Below are positions 36,652 to 47,013 of a DNA stretch of 64,000 nt, piece after piece. A model generated the notes under the pieces. That model was not told where the DNA came from and did not search any database. It saw only the letters and a list, made by a program, of their open reading frames with translations. Numbering within the stretch: the first letter of the stretch is position 1; the number at the start of each line of letters is the position of its first letter. The position numbers were made by a program, and so were the translations under genes. The DNA comes from an uncultured Lachnospiraceae bacterium (GTDB taxonomy: Bacteria > Bacillota > Clostridia > Lachnospirales > Lachnospiraceae), in assembly GCA_910586705.1 (NCBI GenBank), contig CAJUJK010000019.1, forward strand, positions 3,643 through 67,642, written 5' to 3'.

Positions 36652-37970
36652 TGAATACGGCAATCAACTACTTTAAATACAGCAGCATAAAGGACGATAC
36701 TTTTTTCAAGAAAAAGGGCAGAGTGGAAAACGTGGTGGGACTTACCATCGAGTCGGCAGGACCCGAGGCGAAACTCGGGGATCTGTGTATGATTTATCCC
36801 GTCGGGGATGAATACCCGCCGATCACGGCGGAGGTGGTAGGGTTTAAGGACAGACGCACACTCCTGATGCCCTGCGACAACACCGACGGAATCGGGCTGG
36901 GCTGTATCGTGGAGAACACGGGCAATCCGCTGACGGTGCCGGTGAGTGACGATCTTCTGGGAAAAGTGCTGGACGGTCTCGGCAGGATCGACGGCGAGTA
37001 TATGCCGGGCGTGCCCTACAGCGTGGAGGCACAGCCGCCGGACGCCATGAGCCGGAAGATTATTGCGGATGTCCTGCCGCTCGGCGTGAAGGCGATAGAC
37101 GGTCTGATGACGGTGGGAAAAGGACAGCGTATCGGTATTTTCGCGGGCTCCGGTGTGGGGAAATCCACGCTGATGGGCATGTTTGCGCGCAATACAAAGG
37201 CGGATATCAATGTGATCGCCCTGATCGGCGAGCGTGGCAGAGAGGTGCGCGAATTTGTGGAGCGGGATCTGGGCGAGGAAGGTATGCGCCGTTCCGTGGT
37301 GGTGGTTGCCACTTCGGACAGATCGGCTCTTGAGAGAAACAAGGCGGCGAAAACCGCCTGTGCGATTGCGGAATATTTCAGGGATCAGGGTAAGGATGTG
37401 CTTTTGATGATGGACTCCCTGACCCGTTTTTCCATGGCACAGAGAGAGATCGGGCTGGCGAGCGGGGAGCCGCCGGTATCGAGGGGCTATCCCCCCAGCG
37501 TTTACTCGGAGATGCCGCGGCTCTTGGAGCGGGCGGGCTGTGCGGCAGTCGGTTCCATCACCGGGCTGTACACAGTGCTGGTGGACGGCGACGACATGAA
37601 CGAGCCGATCACGGATACGGCGCGAAGCATTCTGGACGGTCATATCATGCTGAACAGAAAGCTGGCGCACCAGAACCACTATCCCGCTATTGACGTATTG
37701 CAGAGCATTTCCAGATGTATGAGCCAGATCGTGGACAAGGAACATAAGACCCTCGCGGGCAAGCTGAAAAACGTGCTCGCCACATACAACGAGGCGGAAG
37801 ATCTGATCAATATAGGCGCTTACAAGAGCGGCAGCAACAGAAACATCGACTATGCCATCGCGAAAATCGAGGCGGTGAACGAGTTTTTGATGCAGGATGT
37901 GGATGCAAAATATGATTATGAGGAAGCCGTGGATATGCTGCGGGAGCTTTTTGCGGAAAACGAAGAATAG
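36651..37970 (+). CDS. fliI: Flagellar export ATPase FliI
   Basis: AGSGVGKSTL and MDSLTRFSMAQRE motifs. Confidence 0.97.
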   Translation: MNTAINYFKYSSIKDDTFFKKKGRVENVVGLTIESAGPEAKLGDLCMIYPVGDEYPPITAEVVGFKDRRTLLMPCDNTDGIGLGCIVENTGNPLTVPVSDDLLGKVLDGLGRIDGEYMPGVPYSVEAQPPDAMSRKIIADVLPLGVKAIDGLMTVGKGQRIGIFAGSGVGKSTLMGMFARNTKADINVIALIGERGREVREFVERDLGEEGMRRSVVVVATSDRSALERNKAAKTACAIAEYFRDQGKDVLLMMDSLTRFSMAQREIGLASGEPPVSRGYPPSVYSEMPRLLERAGCAAVGSITGLYTVLVDGDDMNEPITDTARSILDGHIMLNRKLAHQNHYPAIDVLQSISRCMSQIVDKEHKTLAGKLKNVLATYNEAEDLINIGAYKSGSNRNIDYAIAKIEAVNEFLMQDVDAKYDYEEAVDMLRELFAENEE

Positions 37971-37980
37971 GTGACCTGCC

Positions 37981-38445
37981 ATGTCGAAATTCAGATACAG
38001 GATGCAGAGCATTCTGAATATCAAGTATCAACTTGAAACGCAGGCGAAAATGGAAGTCGGCAGGGCGCAGATGCGACTGAATGAAGAGCAGGAGAAACTG
38101 CAGGCGCTGTTTGACCGGAAGGAAGCCTATTTCGAGGAAGGCAGGCAGATGCGGAAGGAGACAGTCCATACGAACGAGCTGCGGGATAACCGCAACGCCG
38201 TGCTTATTATGGACGAAATGATCGCCGTGCAGGAGTTTGAGGTGCTGAAAGCTGAGGAAGCGGTGGAAAAGGCACGTGCCAAGCTGACAGAGATCATGCA
38301 GGAGCGCAAGATGCACGAAAAGCTCAAGGAAAAGGCGCTGCTCCAGTTTTTGGAGGAGGAGAAAGCGGCGGAGTTCAAGGTGGTTGACGAGCTGACGAGT
38401 TACACCTACGGGCAGCGTGGAAAGGAAAATGGGAATGGCAGCTGA
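37981..38445 (+). CDS. fliJ: Flagellar export protein FliJ
   Basis: FRYRMQSIL start, coiled coil, position. Confidence 0.9.
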   Translation: MSKFRYRMQSILNIKYQLETQAKMEVGRAQMRLNEEQEKLQALFDRKEAYFEEGRQMRKETVHTNELRDNRNAVLIMDEMIAVQEFEVLKAEEAVEKARAKLTEIMQERKMHEKLKEKALLQFLEEEKAAEFKVVDELTSYTYGQRGKENGNGS

Positions 38446-39319
38446 AGCAATGAATATGGGTATGGAGCCCCCCATTGATAAAAAGGCGGAAAAAAAGAGA
38501 TTAAAAGAAGAGCGGGGCAAGATCAAAGCGGACCGCAAAGCGCAGAAAAAGGAAGCAAAGCAGCGCGCCAAAGAAATTTCGGAGCAGGAAGCGCAGCTTG
38601 ACGACGACGAGGGAGGCGGCATTTCTGTCTTTTTCGTAACGGTTGTTATTGTAATTATCTGGATTGCGATTCTCTGTCTGCTGATCAAGCTGGATGTGGG
38701 CGGCTTCGGTTCCGGGGTGCTCGCGCCGGTGCTGAAGGATGTGCCTGTGGTCAACAAGATTCTGCCGGCGGATTCCACAGTCACCACGGATGACGAGGAA
38801 TCTTATGGCGGTTATACAAGTCTGCGGGAGGCCGTGGATTATATCAAGGAACTGGAGCTTGAACTGGAGGACGCGCAGGCGGCAAGCAGCGTGGATTCCG
38901 AGGAACTGTCGGAACTTCGGGCGGAGAACGAGCGGCTGCAGACTTTCGAGGACGCGCAGGTAGAGTTTGAGCGCATCAAGACAGAGTTTTACGAGGAAGT
39001 GGTCTACGCCGAGAACGGTCCGGGGGCGGAGGAGTACCAGAAGTATTATCAGAACATAGACCCCGTCACGGCGGAGTATCTGTATAAGCAGGTAGTGCAG
39101 CAGCTCGAGACGGACGCGCGGATTCAGGATTACGCGCAGGCATACGCGGAGATGGAACCAGCACAGGCGGCGGCTATTTTTGAAGCGATGACCGATGATC
39201 TGGATCTGGCGGCTAAGATACTGAGCCAGATGAAACCGGCGGACAGAGGAAACATTCTGGGAGCGATGGACGCAGAGACCGCGGCGAGGATTACGAGGAT
39301 CATGGATCCCGACGAGTGA
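38435..39319 (+). CDS. MotE/YlxF-like flagellar protein (TM, coiled coil, MgtE-N-like C-terminus)
   Basis: YAEMEPAQAAAIF...ILGAMD motif; position after fliJ. Confidence 0.75.
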   Translation: MAAEAMNMGMEPPIDKKAEKKRLKEERGKIKADRKAQKKEAKQRAKEISEQEAQLDDDEGGGISVFFVTVVIVIIWIAILCLLIKLDVGGFGSGVLAPVLKDVPVVNKILPADSTVTTDDEESYGGYTSLREAVDYIKELELELEDAQAASSVDSEELSELRAENERLQTFEDAQVEFERIKTEFYEEVVYAENGPGAEEYQKYYQNIDPVTAEYLYKQVVQQLETDARIQDYAQAYAEMEPAQAAAIFEAMTDDLDLAAKILSQMKPADRGNILGAMDAETAARITRIMDPDE

Positions 39320-39478
39320 TTTCTTTATGAAGATTCTTTGGAAAACCGCTTTATTGACAGCGGGGGAATGCCGATATATACCATGTAACGGGTTATTATT
39401 TTATCCGTTACATGTGTTATATATGCGTAGGAATGCGCGAGCACTTTGAAAATTTCAGAAAGGAGGAAAGAGCAAGGA

Positions 39479-41008
39479 ATGACGGTAAACAATGTAAAAG
39501 CCCTGTCGCCCTTCGGGACAGTGCAGGGAAGCCAGACATCTGTGAAGCCGGAGGAAGTCGTGCAGGAGCGCTTCGATAAGCTTATGAACAAGATGAGCGA
39601 TCAGCTTACCGGGCTGCAGAAGGCACAGGCGGGCAATGTGACGGCAGCGCCGAAGCAGCCGATGATGGAGAATGCGCAGGAGACGGCGCAGCCGAAGGAT
39701 GTGTCCAGACAGGAAAGCACAGACCGCCCGGCTGAGACCGAAAGGCCGGAAGACGCGTCCGCGGATGATGCGAAGAACGCGGTAGAGCAGGACGGCAGCG
39801 ACGGCAGGACCACCGAAGCGAAGGATGCACCGGCACAGGATGCCGAGACACAGGAGACTGTGGAGAAAGCGGCGGAAGAGCTTGTCAGTGAGATCGTCGA
39901 CGTGATGGACATTCCGCTGGAACAGGTGGAAGCGGCGATGGAAGCTCTGGGCCTTACGGCGGTAGATCTCTTTGATCCGGCGAATCTGAAACAGCTGTTA
40001 TTAAATCTGACAGGCAATACGGATGAGCTGGCTCTGGTCACAGACGAGACACTTTACGGCAACTTACAGGAACTTTTCCAGTCAGTAAATGGGACTCTGG
40101 GCGCATTGCAGGAGGAACTGGGACTGAGCGCGGAGGAACTTGAAGCGCTGATGGTGCGGCTTAGCGCGGAGGAGAAAGCGCCTGCAGGGATGGAAGAGCA
40201 GGTACCAGTCATGCCGGAGACAGAAAATCCGATGGTGGAAGAGCCGGAGGTCAGTGTGGAGGGCATGAAGGACTACGCGGTATCCGTACAGAAGGACGGA
40301 GGCACCGTACAGATCAAGGTGACGGTTGACGATGCAAGCGGCGAGAAACATGTCAGCGAGCAGGTCACGGACACGTCGAAGCCGGAGACGACTCCTGTTT
40401 TAAAGAAGGAGGAGATGGCTGATCAGGGGAACAGAGGAGAGGAGCACGCGGCTGGAAACAACGCGGGCAGCACTTTCTTACAGAACCTGACAGGACAGAT
40501 GGAAAAGGTGGAGGCGCCGGCGGAGCAGCCGGTATACACACAGCCCGAGACGAATCAGATCATGGATCAGATCGTGGAGTACATGAAGTTTAACTTAAAG
40601 CCCGATATGCAGGAGATGGAGATGCAGTTACATCCCGCAAGTCTGGGTACGGTACATGTACAGATCGCGGCGAAGGACGGCGCTATCACAGCACAGTTTG
40701 CGGCACAGAACGAGACGGTAAAGGCGGTTTTAGAAACCCAGATGATCCAGCTGAAGGAACAGTTTGAGGAGCAGGGCATCAAGGTGGATGCTGTGGAAGT
40801 CACGGTTGCGAACCACGCTTACGGCGAGCAGTTCAGCGGCGGGCACGAAGCGGACGAAAACAGCCAGAACGCGAAGAAGAGTGCGAGACGGATCAACTTA
40901 AACCTCGACGACATGGATGGGGAAGGTCTGGAGGAACTCGACGATTCTGAGCGGATCGCGGTGGAGATGATGCAGGCAAACGGCAATACGGTAGACTATA
41001 CTGCATAA
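39479..41008 (+). CDS. fliK: Hook-length control protein FliK
   Basis: LHPASLGTVHV C-terminal domain. Confidence 0.92.
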   Translation: MTVNNVKALSPFGTVQGSQTSVKPEEVVQERFDKLMNKMSDQLTGLQKAQAGNVTAAPKQPMMENAQETAQPKDVSRQESTDRPAETERPEDASADDAKNAVEQDGSDGRTTEAKDAPAQDAETQETVEKAAEELVSEIVDVMDIPLEQVEAAMEALGLTAVDLFDPANLKQLLLNLTGNTDELALVTDETLYGNLQELFQSVNGTLGALQEELGLSAEELEALMVRLSAEEKAPAGMEEQVPVMPETENPMVEEPEVSVEGMKDYAVSVQKDGGTVQIKVTVDDASGEKHVSEQVTDTSKPETTPVLKKEEMADQGNRGEEHAAGNNAGSTFLQNLTGQMEKVEAPAEQPVYTQPETNQIMDQIVEYMKFNLKPDMQEMEMQLHPASLGTVHVQIAAKDGAITAQFAAQNETVKAVLETQMIQLKEQFEEQGIKVDAVEVTVANHAYGEQFSGGHEADENSQNAKKSARRINLNLDDMDGEGLEELDDSERIAVEMMQANGNTVDYTA

Positions 41009-41075
41009 CGTGTGGTATAGGTCGAAGCATTTACTGCTGGGACCGTAAGAACATGATTCAGAAAGGAGTGAAAGG

Positions 41076-41801
41076 ATGGGCGTAGTACAGAGAGTAGAAA
41101 ACGGTAAATTTGTGGAATCCAATTCCGCGGCGTCCCTCGAGGAAGCAAGAAAGGGCGTAAAATCAAGCAATACGCTGGATAAGGACGCTTTCTTACAGCT
41201 TCTGGTGGCGCAGATGAAGTATCAGGATCCGCTGGAGCCCACCTCAAACACAGAGTATATTTCCCAGTATGCGACATTCTCGGAGCTGGAGCAGATGCAG
41301 AACATGAGCGCATCCATGGATCTTTTCCGGGCATCGGCGTTAGTGGGGCAGACGGTACTCTTAAATGTGAGGGATAGTCAGGGCAGACTTACACAGGTGC
41401 AGGGTCCCGTGGACTTTGTCACATATGAGAACAACAAGGCGTATCTGTCTATCCGCGGAGATCTCTATTCGATGGATGATCTGGCAACAGTAGCTGATCC
41501 TACCTATATAGAGGCATATAAGCTGGCGGCAGACTGGCTGAATATTCTCAAAAAGCTTCCCGCGATGGAAAATCTGACGGTTGCCGACAGGGAAAAGGTA
41601 GAGAAGCTGAGCGAGATGTACGATAAGATGACCGATTACCAGAAAGAATTCCTGACAGATGAGGAAGTAGACACCATGAAGAAGTATGTGGCTAAGATGA
41701 AAGATCTGGTGGCGATCGCTGAGGCGGATAAGGAAAACGGCGGCGGCGATGATGACGACGGTGACGGTGATGGAGATGATGACGGCGGCGACGACAAGTA
41801 A
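41076..41801 (+). CDS. flgD: Hook capping protein FlgD
   Basis: FLQLLVAQMKYQDPLEP motif. Confidence 0.95.
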   Translation: MGVVQRVENGKFVESNSAASLEEARKGVKSSNTLDKDAFLQLLVAQMKYQDPLEPTSNTEYISQYATFSELEQMQNMSASMDLFRASALVGQTVLLNVRDSQGRLTQVQGPVDFVTYENNKAYLSIRGDLYSMDDLATVADPTYIEAYKLAADWLNILKKLPAMENLTVADREKVEKLSEMYDKMTDYQKEFLTDEEVDTMKKYVAKMKDLVAIAEADKENGGGDDDDGDGDGDDDGGDDK

Positions 41802-41837
41802 GCCACAGCGGGGCGATGATCTCAGGGAGGAGAGAGT

Positions 41838-42242
41838 ATGAAGATTCAAGGCAGTTCTTTCCCTTCGATAGAGCAGCTGCAGGATCAATATTTGAAGACA
41901 GGCAGATTCAAGGACGAAGCGCCTGCGCCGGGAGGCATAAGCTTTCAGGATATTCTGTCAAAAAAGACAGACGGCATGGAACAGCCCGGGGAAGTCAGAT
42001 TTTCCAAACATGCGGCAAACCGTCTGACGGACAGGAATATTGAGCTGACCGAGGAACAGGTGGAACGCCTGAACATGGGAGCGGCAAAAGCCTCGGAGAA
42101 GGGGATAAAGGAATCATTGGTCATGGTAGATTCCCTCGCGTTTATCGTGAGTGTGCCGAATCAGACGGTGATCACGGCGATGGATCAGACGGAGACCGAT
42201 GAAAACGTATTCACAAACATAGACGGAGCAGTCATTATATAA
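41838..42242 (+). CDS. Flagellar operon protein (TIGR02530-like)
   Basis: FSKHA...VITAMD...NVFTNIDGAVI motifs. Confidence 0.85.
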   Translation: MKIQGSSFPSIEQLQDQYLKTGRFKDEAPAPGGISFQDILSKKTDGMEQPGEVRFSKHAANRLTDRNIELTEEQVERLNMGAAKASEKGIKESLVMVDSLAFIVSVPNQTVITAMDQTETDENVFTNIDGAVII

Positions 42243-42325
42243 GCCGGACCTTACAGGAGGCTTACCGTCCTCGACTGACAGAGAGGACAGACGGTTCCAT
42301 ACAAGTTTAAGGAGGTCATTTCACT

Positions 42326-44437
42326 ATGATGAGATCACTTTTTTCTGGCGTGTCGGGTTTGAAAACCCACCAGACCAGAATGGATGTTATCGGTAACAAC
42401 ATTGCAAACGTAAATACAACCGCATACAAGTCGCAGAACATGGTTTTCAGCGACCTGCTTTATCAGCAGACACAGGCGGCGTCCGGCGCGAATGCGGACA
42501 CAGGGCGCGGCGGTATCAACGCGAGACAGATCGGTCTCGGTTCCAAGACGGCGGCGATCAACACCGCCATCACCAGACAGGGTTCCGCCCAGTCCACGAA
42601 CAACCCGTGGGACGTGATGATTTCGGGAGAATCCTTCTTCATCGTAAACAGCGGTTCCCAGAACTTCTTTACCAGAGACGGTTCCTTCAACATCGACAGC
42701 TCGGGTAACCTCGTTATGGCGAGCACCGGCTACCGCGTGATGGGCTGGCAGGTGGATGAGGAGACCGGCGAGATCCAGTCCGGTCCCGTGCAGGCGCTTC
42801 AGGTAATGAAGGCGGAGAATATGACCGCTCCCGCGGAGGCGACCACCAATGGTATCGTATCCGGTATTCTGGATAAGAACGATACCGATGTGCACAGCAA
42901 GGCGGGACTCGTGCGGACATTCCAGTTCTTCGATGCGAGGGGCTACTCCTACACGGCGCAGTTCAGTATCCACGCGCTGAGTACGGACGGACAGTATTAT
43001 GTGCAGCTCGATGATATCACGGATGACAACGGGCAGTCCCTGAAGGACTACTATAATGTCAATGACATCAGCCAGATCGCGTCCTTTGGCGAGGCTAAGT
43101 CAATAGAAGAGACAAAGGTTTACGGTCTTCCCGGCGACGGCAGCGTGACTTATAAGGATGGAGGGAACGGAAAAACTGGAACTTTTACGGTAAACTATAA
43201 CTACGGTGAAATCCTGACCGGCTTTGGTGAGAACGTTATGATGTCCATGGCGGAGAATCTGAAGGTGACGGCTCCGGCTGCCGACAATAACAAACTGCCG
43301 GCAAATTCAGCTGTAACCATGCAGGGCGATGTGACCCTGGATCGAAATGTTCTTCAGGAGAAGTATGGTCTGACTTACGACGAGAAGGGAGGGCAGTATT
43401 ATTACAGACCGGAAACCAAGAATGCCGATGGTAGTATTACTTATGGAGACAGAACACCGCTTGGACCTAATCCCAACGCTACACCGCCCACGGGTCCGGA
43501 TGCAACTGCATGGGGAGAGGTATTAAGTAAGCTGGGCGGCAATGTGCAACTGGCTACCGGTGGTACGCCGGCAGCGCCTCTCATTTCCGTGGATGAAAAG
43601 GGCGCGGTTACGATGTCCTTCACAGCGAATTTTACAACTAACAAGGAATCCGCGTTTACTGCGGCGACAGGTACGTTCGGTGTGACTTTGAATTATCCGG
43701 CGGATAAGGCAGAGATCATGGAGAAGGCTTACGGGCTGAACAGTACCGATAACGTGAAATTTGACATCAATTATATTACGCCCGACGGTCATGCCAGTGT
43801 GACCCGTGTGGAGTCGTATGAAGGAAATGCGTTGGTGTTTGATACCAAGACTGGTAAGTTCTCCTATGTGGGAGATCCAGAGCAGACAGCGGTAACACTG
43901 GATTTTGCAGGCTCTACTACGGATCTGACGGGCCAGACCGTTGACCTCGGTCACTTCAGCGACATTTCCATCGACTTCTCGACGATCCGGAATGTCAACA
44001 ACGGAAAGACATCCACAGTTGCTTACGACAACGGCGACGGCAGCGAGAACAACCTCGGCACCGGCCGTAAGGAAGGCGCGCTGATTGGCGTGGAGATCAG
44101 TCAGGACGGCAAGATCAGAGCTTCCTACGACAACGGTCTCTCCAAACTGTTAGGGCAGATCGCGGTGACGAAGTTCGCCAATCCGGCAGGTCTTGCGAAA
44201 GCAGGTAACAACCTCTACAAGACGACCTTGAACTCCGGCGAGTTTGACGGTACCGGCATAGACATTACCTCCGACGGCGAGGGTTCCATGGAATCCGGCG
44301 TTCTGGAGATGAGTAACGTGGATCTGGCGGGCGAGTTCACCGAGATGATCACGACACAGCGTGGTTTCCAGGCGAACAGCCGTATCATCACCACTTCCGA
44401 CTCCATGCTGGAAGAACTTGTAAATCTGAAACGTTGA
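42326..44437 (+). CDS. flgE: Flagellar hook protein FlgE, long form
   Basis: MDVIGNNIANVNT, FTRDGSF, LEMSNVDL and QRGFQANSR motifs. Confidence 0.95.
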   Translation: MMRSLFSGVSGLKTHQTRMDVIGNNIANVNTTAYKSQNMVFSDLLYQQTQAASGANADTGRGGINARQIGLGSKTAAINTAITRQGSAQSTNNPWDVMISGESFFIVNSGSQNFFTRDGSFNIDSSGNLVMASTGYRVMGWQVDEETGEIQSGPVQALQVMKAENMTAPAEATTNGIVSGILDKNDTDVHSKAGLVRTFQFFDARGYSYTAQFSIHALSTDGQYYVQLDDITDDNGQSLKDYYNVNDISQIASFGEAKSIEETKVYGLPGDGSVTYKDGGNGKTGTFTVNYNYGEILTGFGENVMMSMAENLKVTAPAADNNKLPANSAVTMQGDVTLDRNVLQEKYGLTYDEKGGQYYYRPETKNADGSITYGDRTPLGPNPNATPPTGPDATAWGEVLSKLGGNVQLATGGTPAAPLISVDEKGAVTMSFTANFTTNKESAFTAATGTFGVTLNYPADKAEIMEKAYGLNSTDNVKFDINYITPDGHASVTRVESYEGNALVFDTKTGKFSYVGDPEQTAVTLDFAGSTTDLTGQTVDLGHFSDISIDFSTIRNVNNGKTSTVAYDNGDGSENNLGTGRKEGALIGVEISQDGKIRASYDNGLSKLLGQIAVTKFANPAGLAKAGNNLYKTTLNSGEFDGTGIDITSDGEGSMESGVLEMSNVDLAGEFTEMITTQRGFQANSRIITTSDSMLEELVNLKR

Positions 44438-44451
44438 TAAGGAAAAGGAAT

Positions 44452-44495
44452 AAGGGGACTTATGCGCGGGATACCGCGCAAAGGTCCTCTTTTTT
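44452..44495 (+). terminator. Intrinsic terminator after flgE
   Basis: AGGGGACTT-TGCGCGG/CCGCGCA-AAGGTCCTCT followed by TTTTT. Confidence 0.75.
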
Positions 44496-44601
44496 GTGCG
44501 CGAGGGGTCTGAATTGGTAAAATTTCTTTTTGCAGTTTTTGAGGATGTGTGGTAAAATAAATGAGTTGTATAATATAAGATGTAGCAGAGGGGGATTGTT
44601 T

Positions 44602-44787
44602 ATGGTTGAAGTCACGAAGATCAACGGCGTGAAAGTACTGATCAATCCGGATTTGCTGGAGCTGGTGGAGGAAACCCCTGACACGGTGTTGTCTTTTACT
44701 ACCGGCCGCAAATTAATTGTAAAAGAAAGTAGACAAGAAGTGAAAAATTTAGTAAAATCGTATAGAAAGGATATTTTTGCAGACTAG
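44602..44787 (+). CDS. flbD: FlbD (SwrD)-family protein
   Basis: INPDLLELVEETPDTV motif. Confidence 0.9.
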   Translation: MVEVTKINGVKVLINPDLLELVEETPDTVLSFTTGRKLIVKESRQEVKNLVKSYRKDIFAD

Positions 44788-44808
44788 TGTAAAAGTGGGT
44801 GTGTACAT

Positions 44809-45606
44809 ATGGATATAGCTTCGGTTATTGGCTTGGTAGCATGCTTTGCATTGATGATATTCGGTATGGTTTTCGGTAAGGATTTCTCCACGGTGTTGGG
44901 ATTCGTGGATGTGCCTTCGATTCTGGTTACTTTCGGCGGTTCCTTCATGTGTATTTTTGCGAGTTACACGATACCTGATTTCGTGGCTGGTCTTAAGAGC
45001 ATGGGACTGATCTTTAAGACATCCAGCATGAATGTGCCGGGAATTATTCAGAAAATTATAGAACTCTCCAATGTGGCCCGTAAGGAAGGACTCCTGTCTC
45101 TGGAAGAAGCGGCCAGCGATATTGAGGATGATTTTTTGAAAAAGGGCATCCTGCTCATCGTTGACGGTACCGATCCTGAGCTTGTCCGCGCGATTATGGA
45201 GACGGAACTTGTAAGTGTGGAAAGCAGACACAAGGATAAGATCGGTTTTTGGGAGAATATCGCGGCCATGGGTCCTGCATGGGGTATGATCGGAACCCTG
45301 ATCGGTCTGATTAACATGCTTAGGGATTTGTCGGATTTCGCAACCATCGGACCGAACATGTCGGTCGCACTGGTTACGACTTTCTATGGTTCTGTGCTGG
45401 CGAACTGGATTTGTGCGCCGGTTTCCACTAAATTGAAGAACAAGAACGCGGAAGAGATGATGGTGAAAGAAATCGAGATTGAGGGTCTGCTCTCCATTCA
45501 GGCAGGCGAAAATCCGCGTGTCATCGAAGAGAAACTGAAATCCTTCCTGGCGCCTGCAGACAGAGGCATGGCCGGGGATGAAGGCGGAGGTGAGGCGGAT
45601 GGCTAA
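44809..45606 (+). CDS. motA: Stator protein MotA
   Basis: ARKEGLLSLE, PAWGMIGTLIGL and GENPR motifs. Confidence 0.95.
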   Translation: MDIASVIGLVACFALMIFGMVFGKDFSTVLGFVDVPSILVTFGGSFMCIFASYTIPDFVAGLKSMGLIFKTSSMNVPGIIQKIIELSNVARKEGLLSLEEAASDIEDDFLKKGILLIVDGTDPELVRAIMETELVSVESRHKDKIGFWENIAAMGPAWGMIGTLIGLINMLRDLSDFATIGPNMSVALVTTFYGSVLANWICAPVSTKLKNKNAEEMMVKEIEIEGLLSIQAGENPRVIEEKLKSFLAPADRGMAGDEGGGEADG

Positions 45607-46417
45607 AAAACAGCAGGAAGAGGCTCCGAAAGGCGCCCCGGCGTGGATGGCCACGTTCTCTGACCTGATGAACCTGCTGCTATGTTTCTTCGTGTTACTT
45701 TTTTCGATGTCCACGGTTGATGAGGTGAAGCAGGAAAAGGTGGTAGCCTCCTTTAACCAGATGTTTTCCGTTTTTGAAGGAGGGGCGCAGGCGATCGGAG
45801 ACGGTATGCTGATCAGCAACGGCGTCAGTCAGCTCAATGAGCTGGATGAATTTATCAACAGTACAGGTAAGATGGATGACGGAGAGATTGTCTCCGAGGA
45901 TGTGGCTGACAGCACTGCTGCGGCGAAAGAACAGCTTGAGGAAGCGCAGATGGAAGAGTCTGAGTCACTTGCTGAGAAGATCCAGGAAGCGGTCGATGAG
46001 AGGGATATGGCGGATGAGGTGGAGGTACAGTTTACCGCACAGTTTGTCCAGCTTACCCTGAAGGGTTCCCTGCTTTTTGATTCGGGCAGCACGCTTTTGA
46101 AGGAGGAGGCCAAGCCGGTTCTGGATCAGGTGGGACTGATTCTGGAACGCTATGCGGAAGGTACGATTGAGATTGAGGGACACACAGATAATGTTCCCAT
46201 GTCGGGGGCTAAGTATTCTAATAACAATGAATTGAGTTCTGGACGCGCGCTGTCGGTGTTTGACTATATTCTTTCGATTACGAATCTGAATCCGGCGAAC
46301 ATCAAGCATGCGGGCCGTGGAGAGTATCTTCCGGTAGCGGACAACGCTACGCCAGAGGGAAGAGCGAAGAACAGAAGGGTTGAGATCAAGATATATAACT
46401 CTCTCAGTTCTTATTAA
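45599..46417 (+). CDS. motB: Stator protein MotB
   Basis: WMATFSDLMNLLLCFFV, EGHTD and KNRRVEI motifs. Confidence 0.95.
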   Translation: MAKKQQEEAPKGAPAWMATFSDLMNLLLCFFVLLFSMSTVDEVKQEKVVASFNQMFSVFEGGAQAIGDGMLISNGVSQLNELDEFINSTGKMDDGEIVSEDVADSTAAAKEQLEEAQMEESESLAEKIQEAVDERDMADEVEVQFTAQFVQLTLKGSLLFDSGSTLLKEEAKPVLDQVGLILERYAEGTIEIEGHTDNVPMSGAKYSNNNELSSGRALSVFDYILSITNLNPANIKHAGRGEYLPVADNATPEGRAKNRRVEIKIYNSLSSY

Positions 46418-46447
46418 GATAAGTTGTAGAAGGAGAAGACGAAGGCT

Positions 46448-46975
46448 ATGAAGAAGAATCTGATTTCCGTTATTATTCTGGCGCTGTTAATCGTTAATAT
46501 TGTATTGACCGCCATAATGATGTTCAGTGTGACGGGCGCGTCCAAGAAGACTGCCGCACTGGTTGACAACATTGCTACGGCTCTGAATCTGGAGCTGTCC
46601 TCCGGCACAGAGGGCGCCGGGGCGGAGGAAGCTGTTTCCATGGCGGACACAGAGACTTACTCTTTTGCGGAACCTATGACGATCCCGTTGAAAAAGAATG
46701 AGGGGGAAGATAAGGATCACTATTGTATCGTTTCCATTACCCTTTCCATTAACACAAAGGCTGACGGCTACAAGGAGTATGGCTCCGCAGAAAGCCTGGC
46801 GACGATGGAAGGCCTGATTAAAGATGAGATCAACAGCGTTTTTGCCCAATACACGACGGAAGAAGCGCGGGATAATCAGGAAACGATCAAGAAAGAAATT
46901 ATCAACAGAATACAAACCATGTTTGATTCCAAGTTTATCTATAACGTGTCCTTCGGCGACATTATGTTTGGATAG
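46448..46975 (+). CDS. fliL: FliL
   Basis: Single N-terminal TM helix; position between motB and fliM. Confidence 0.85.
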   Translation: MKKNLISVIILALLIVNIVLTAIMMFSVTGASKKTAALVDNIATALNLELSSGTEGAGAEEAVSMADTETYSFAEPMTIPLKKNEGEDKDHYCIVSITLSINTKADGYKEYGSAESLATMEGLIKDEINSVFAQYTTEEARDNQETIKKEIINRIQTMFDSKFIYNVSFGDIMFG

Positions 46976-47013
46976 TACTTAGACTAAATGACTGCCACAG
47001 GAGGTGAACTTTC

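Noticed and set aside
39351..39382. Sigma-D promoter before fliK
   Set aside because: GCCGATAT is present but there is no TAAA at the expected spacing; the overlapping TTGACA has a poor -10.
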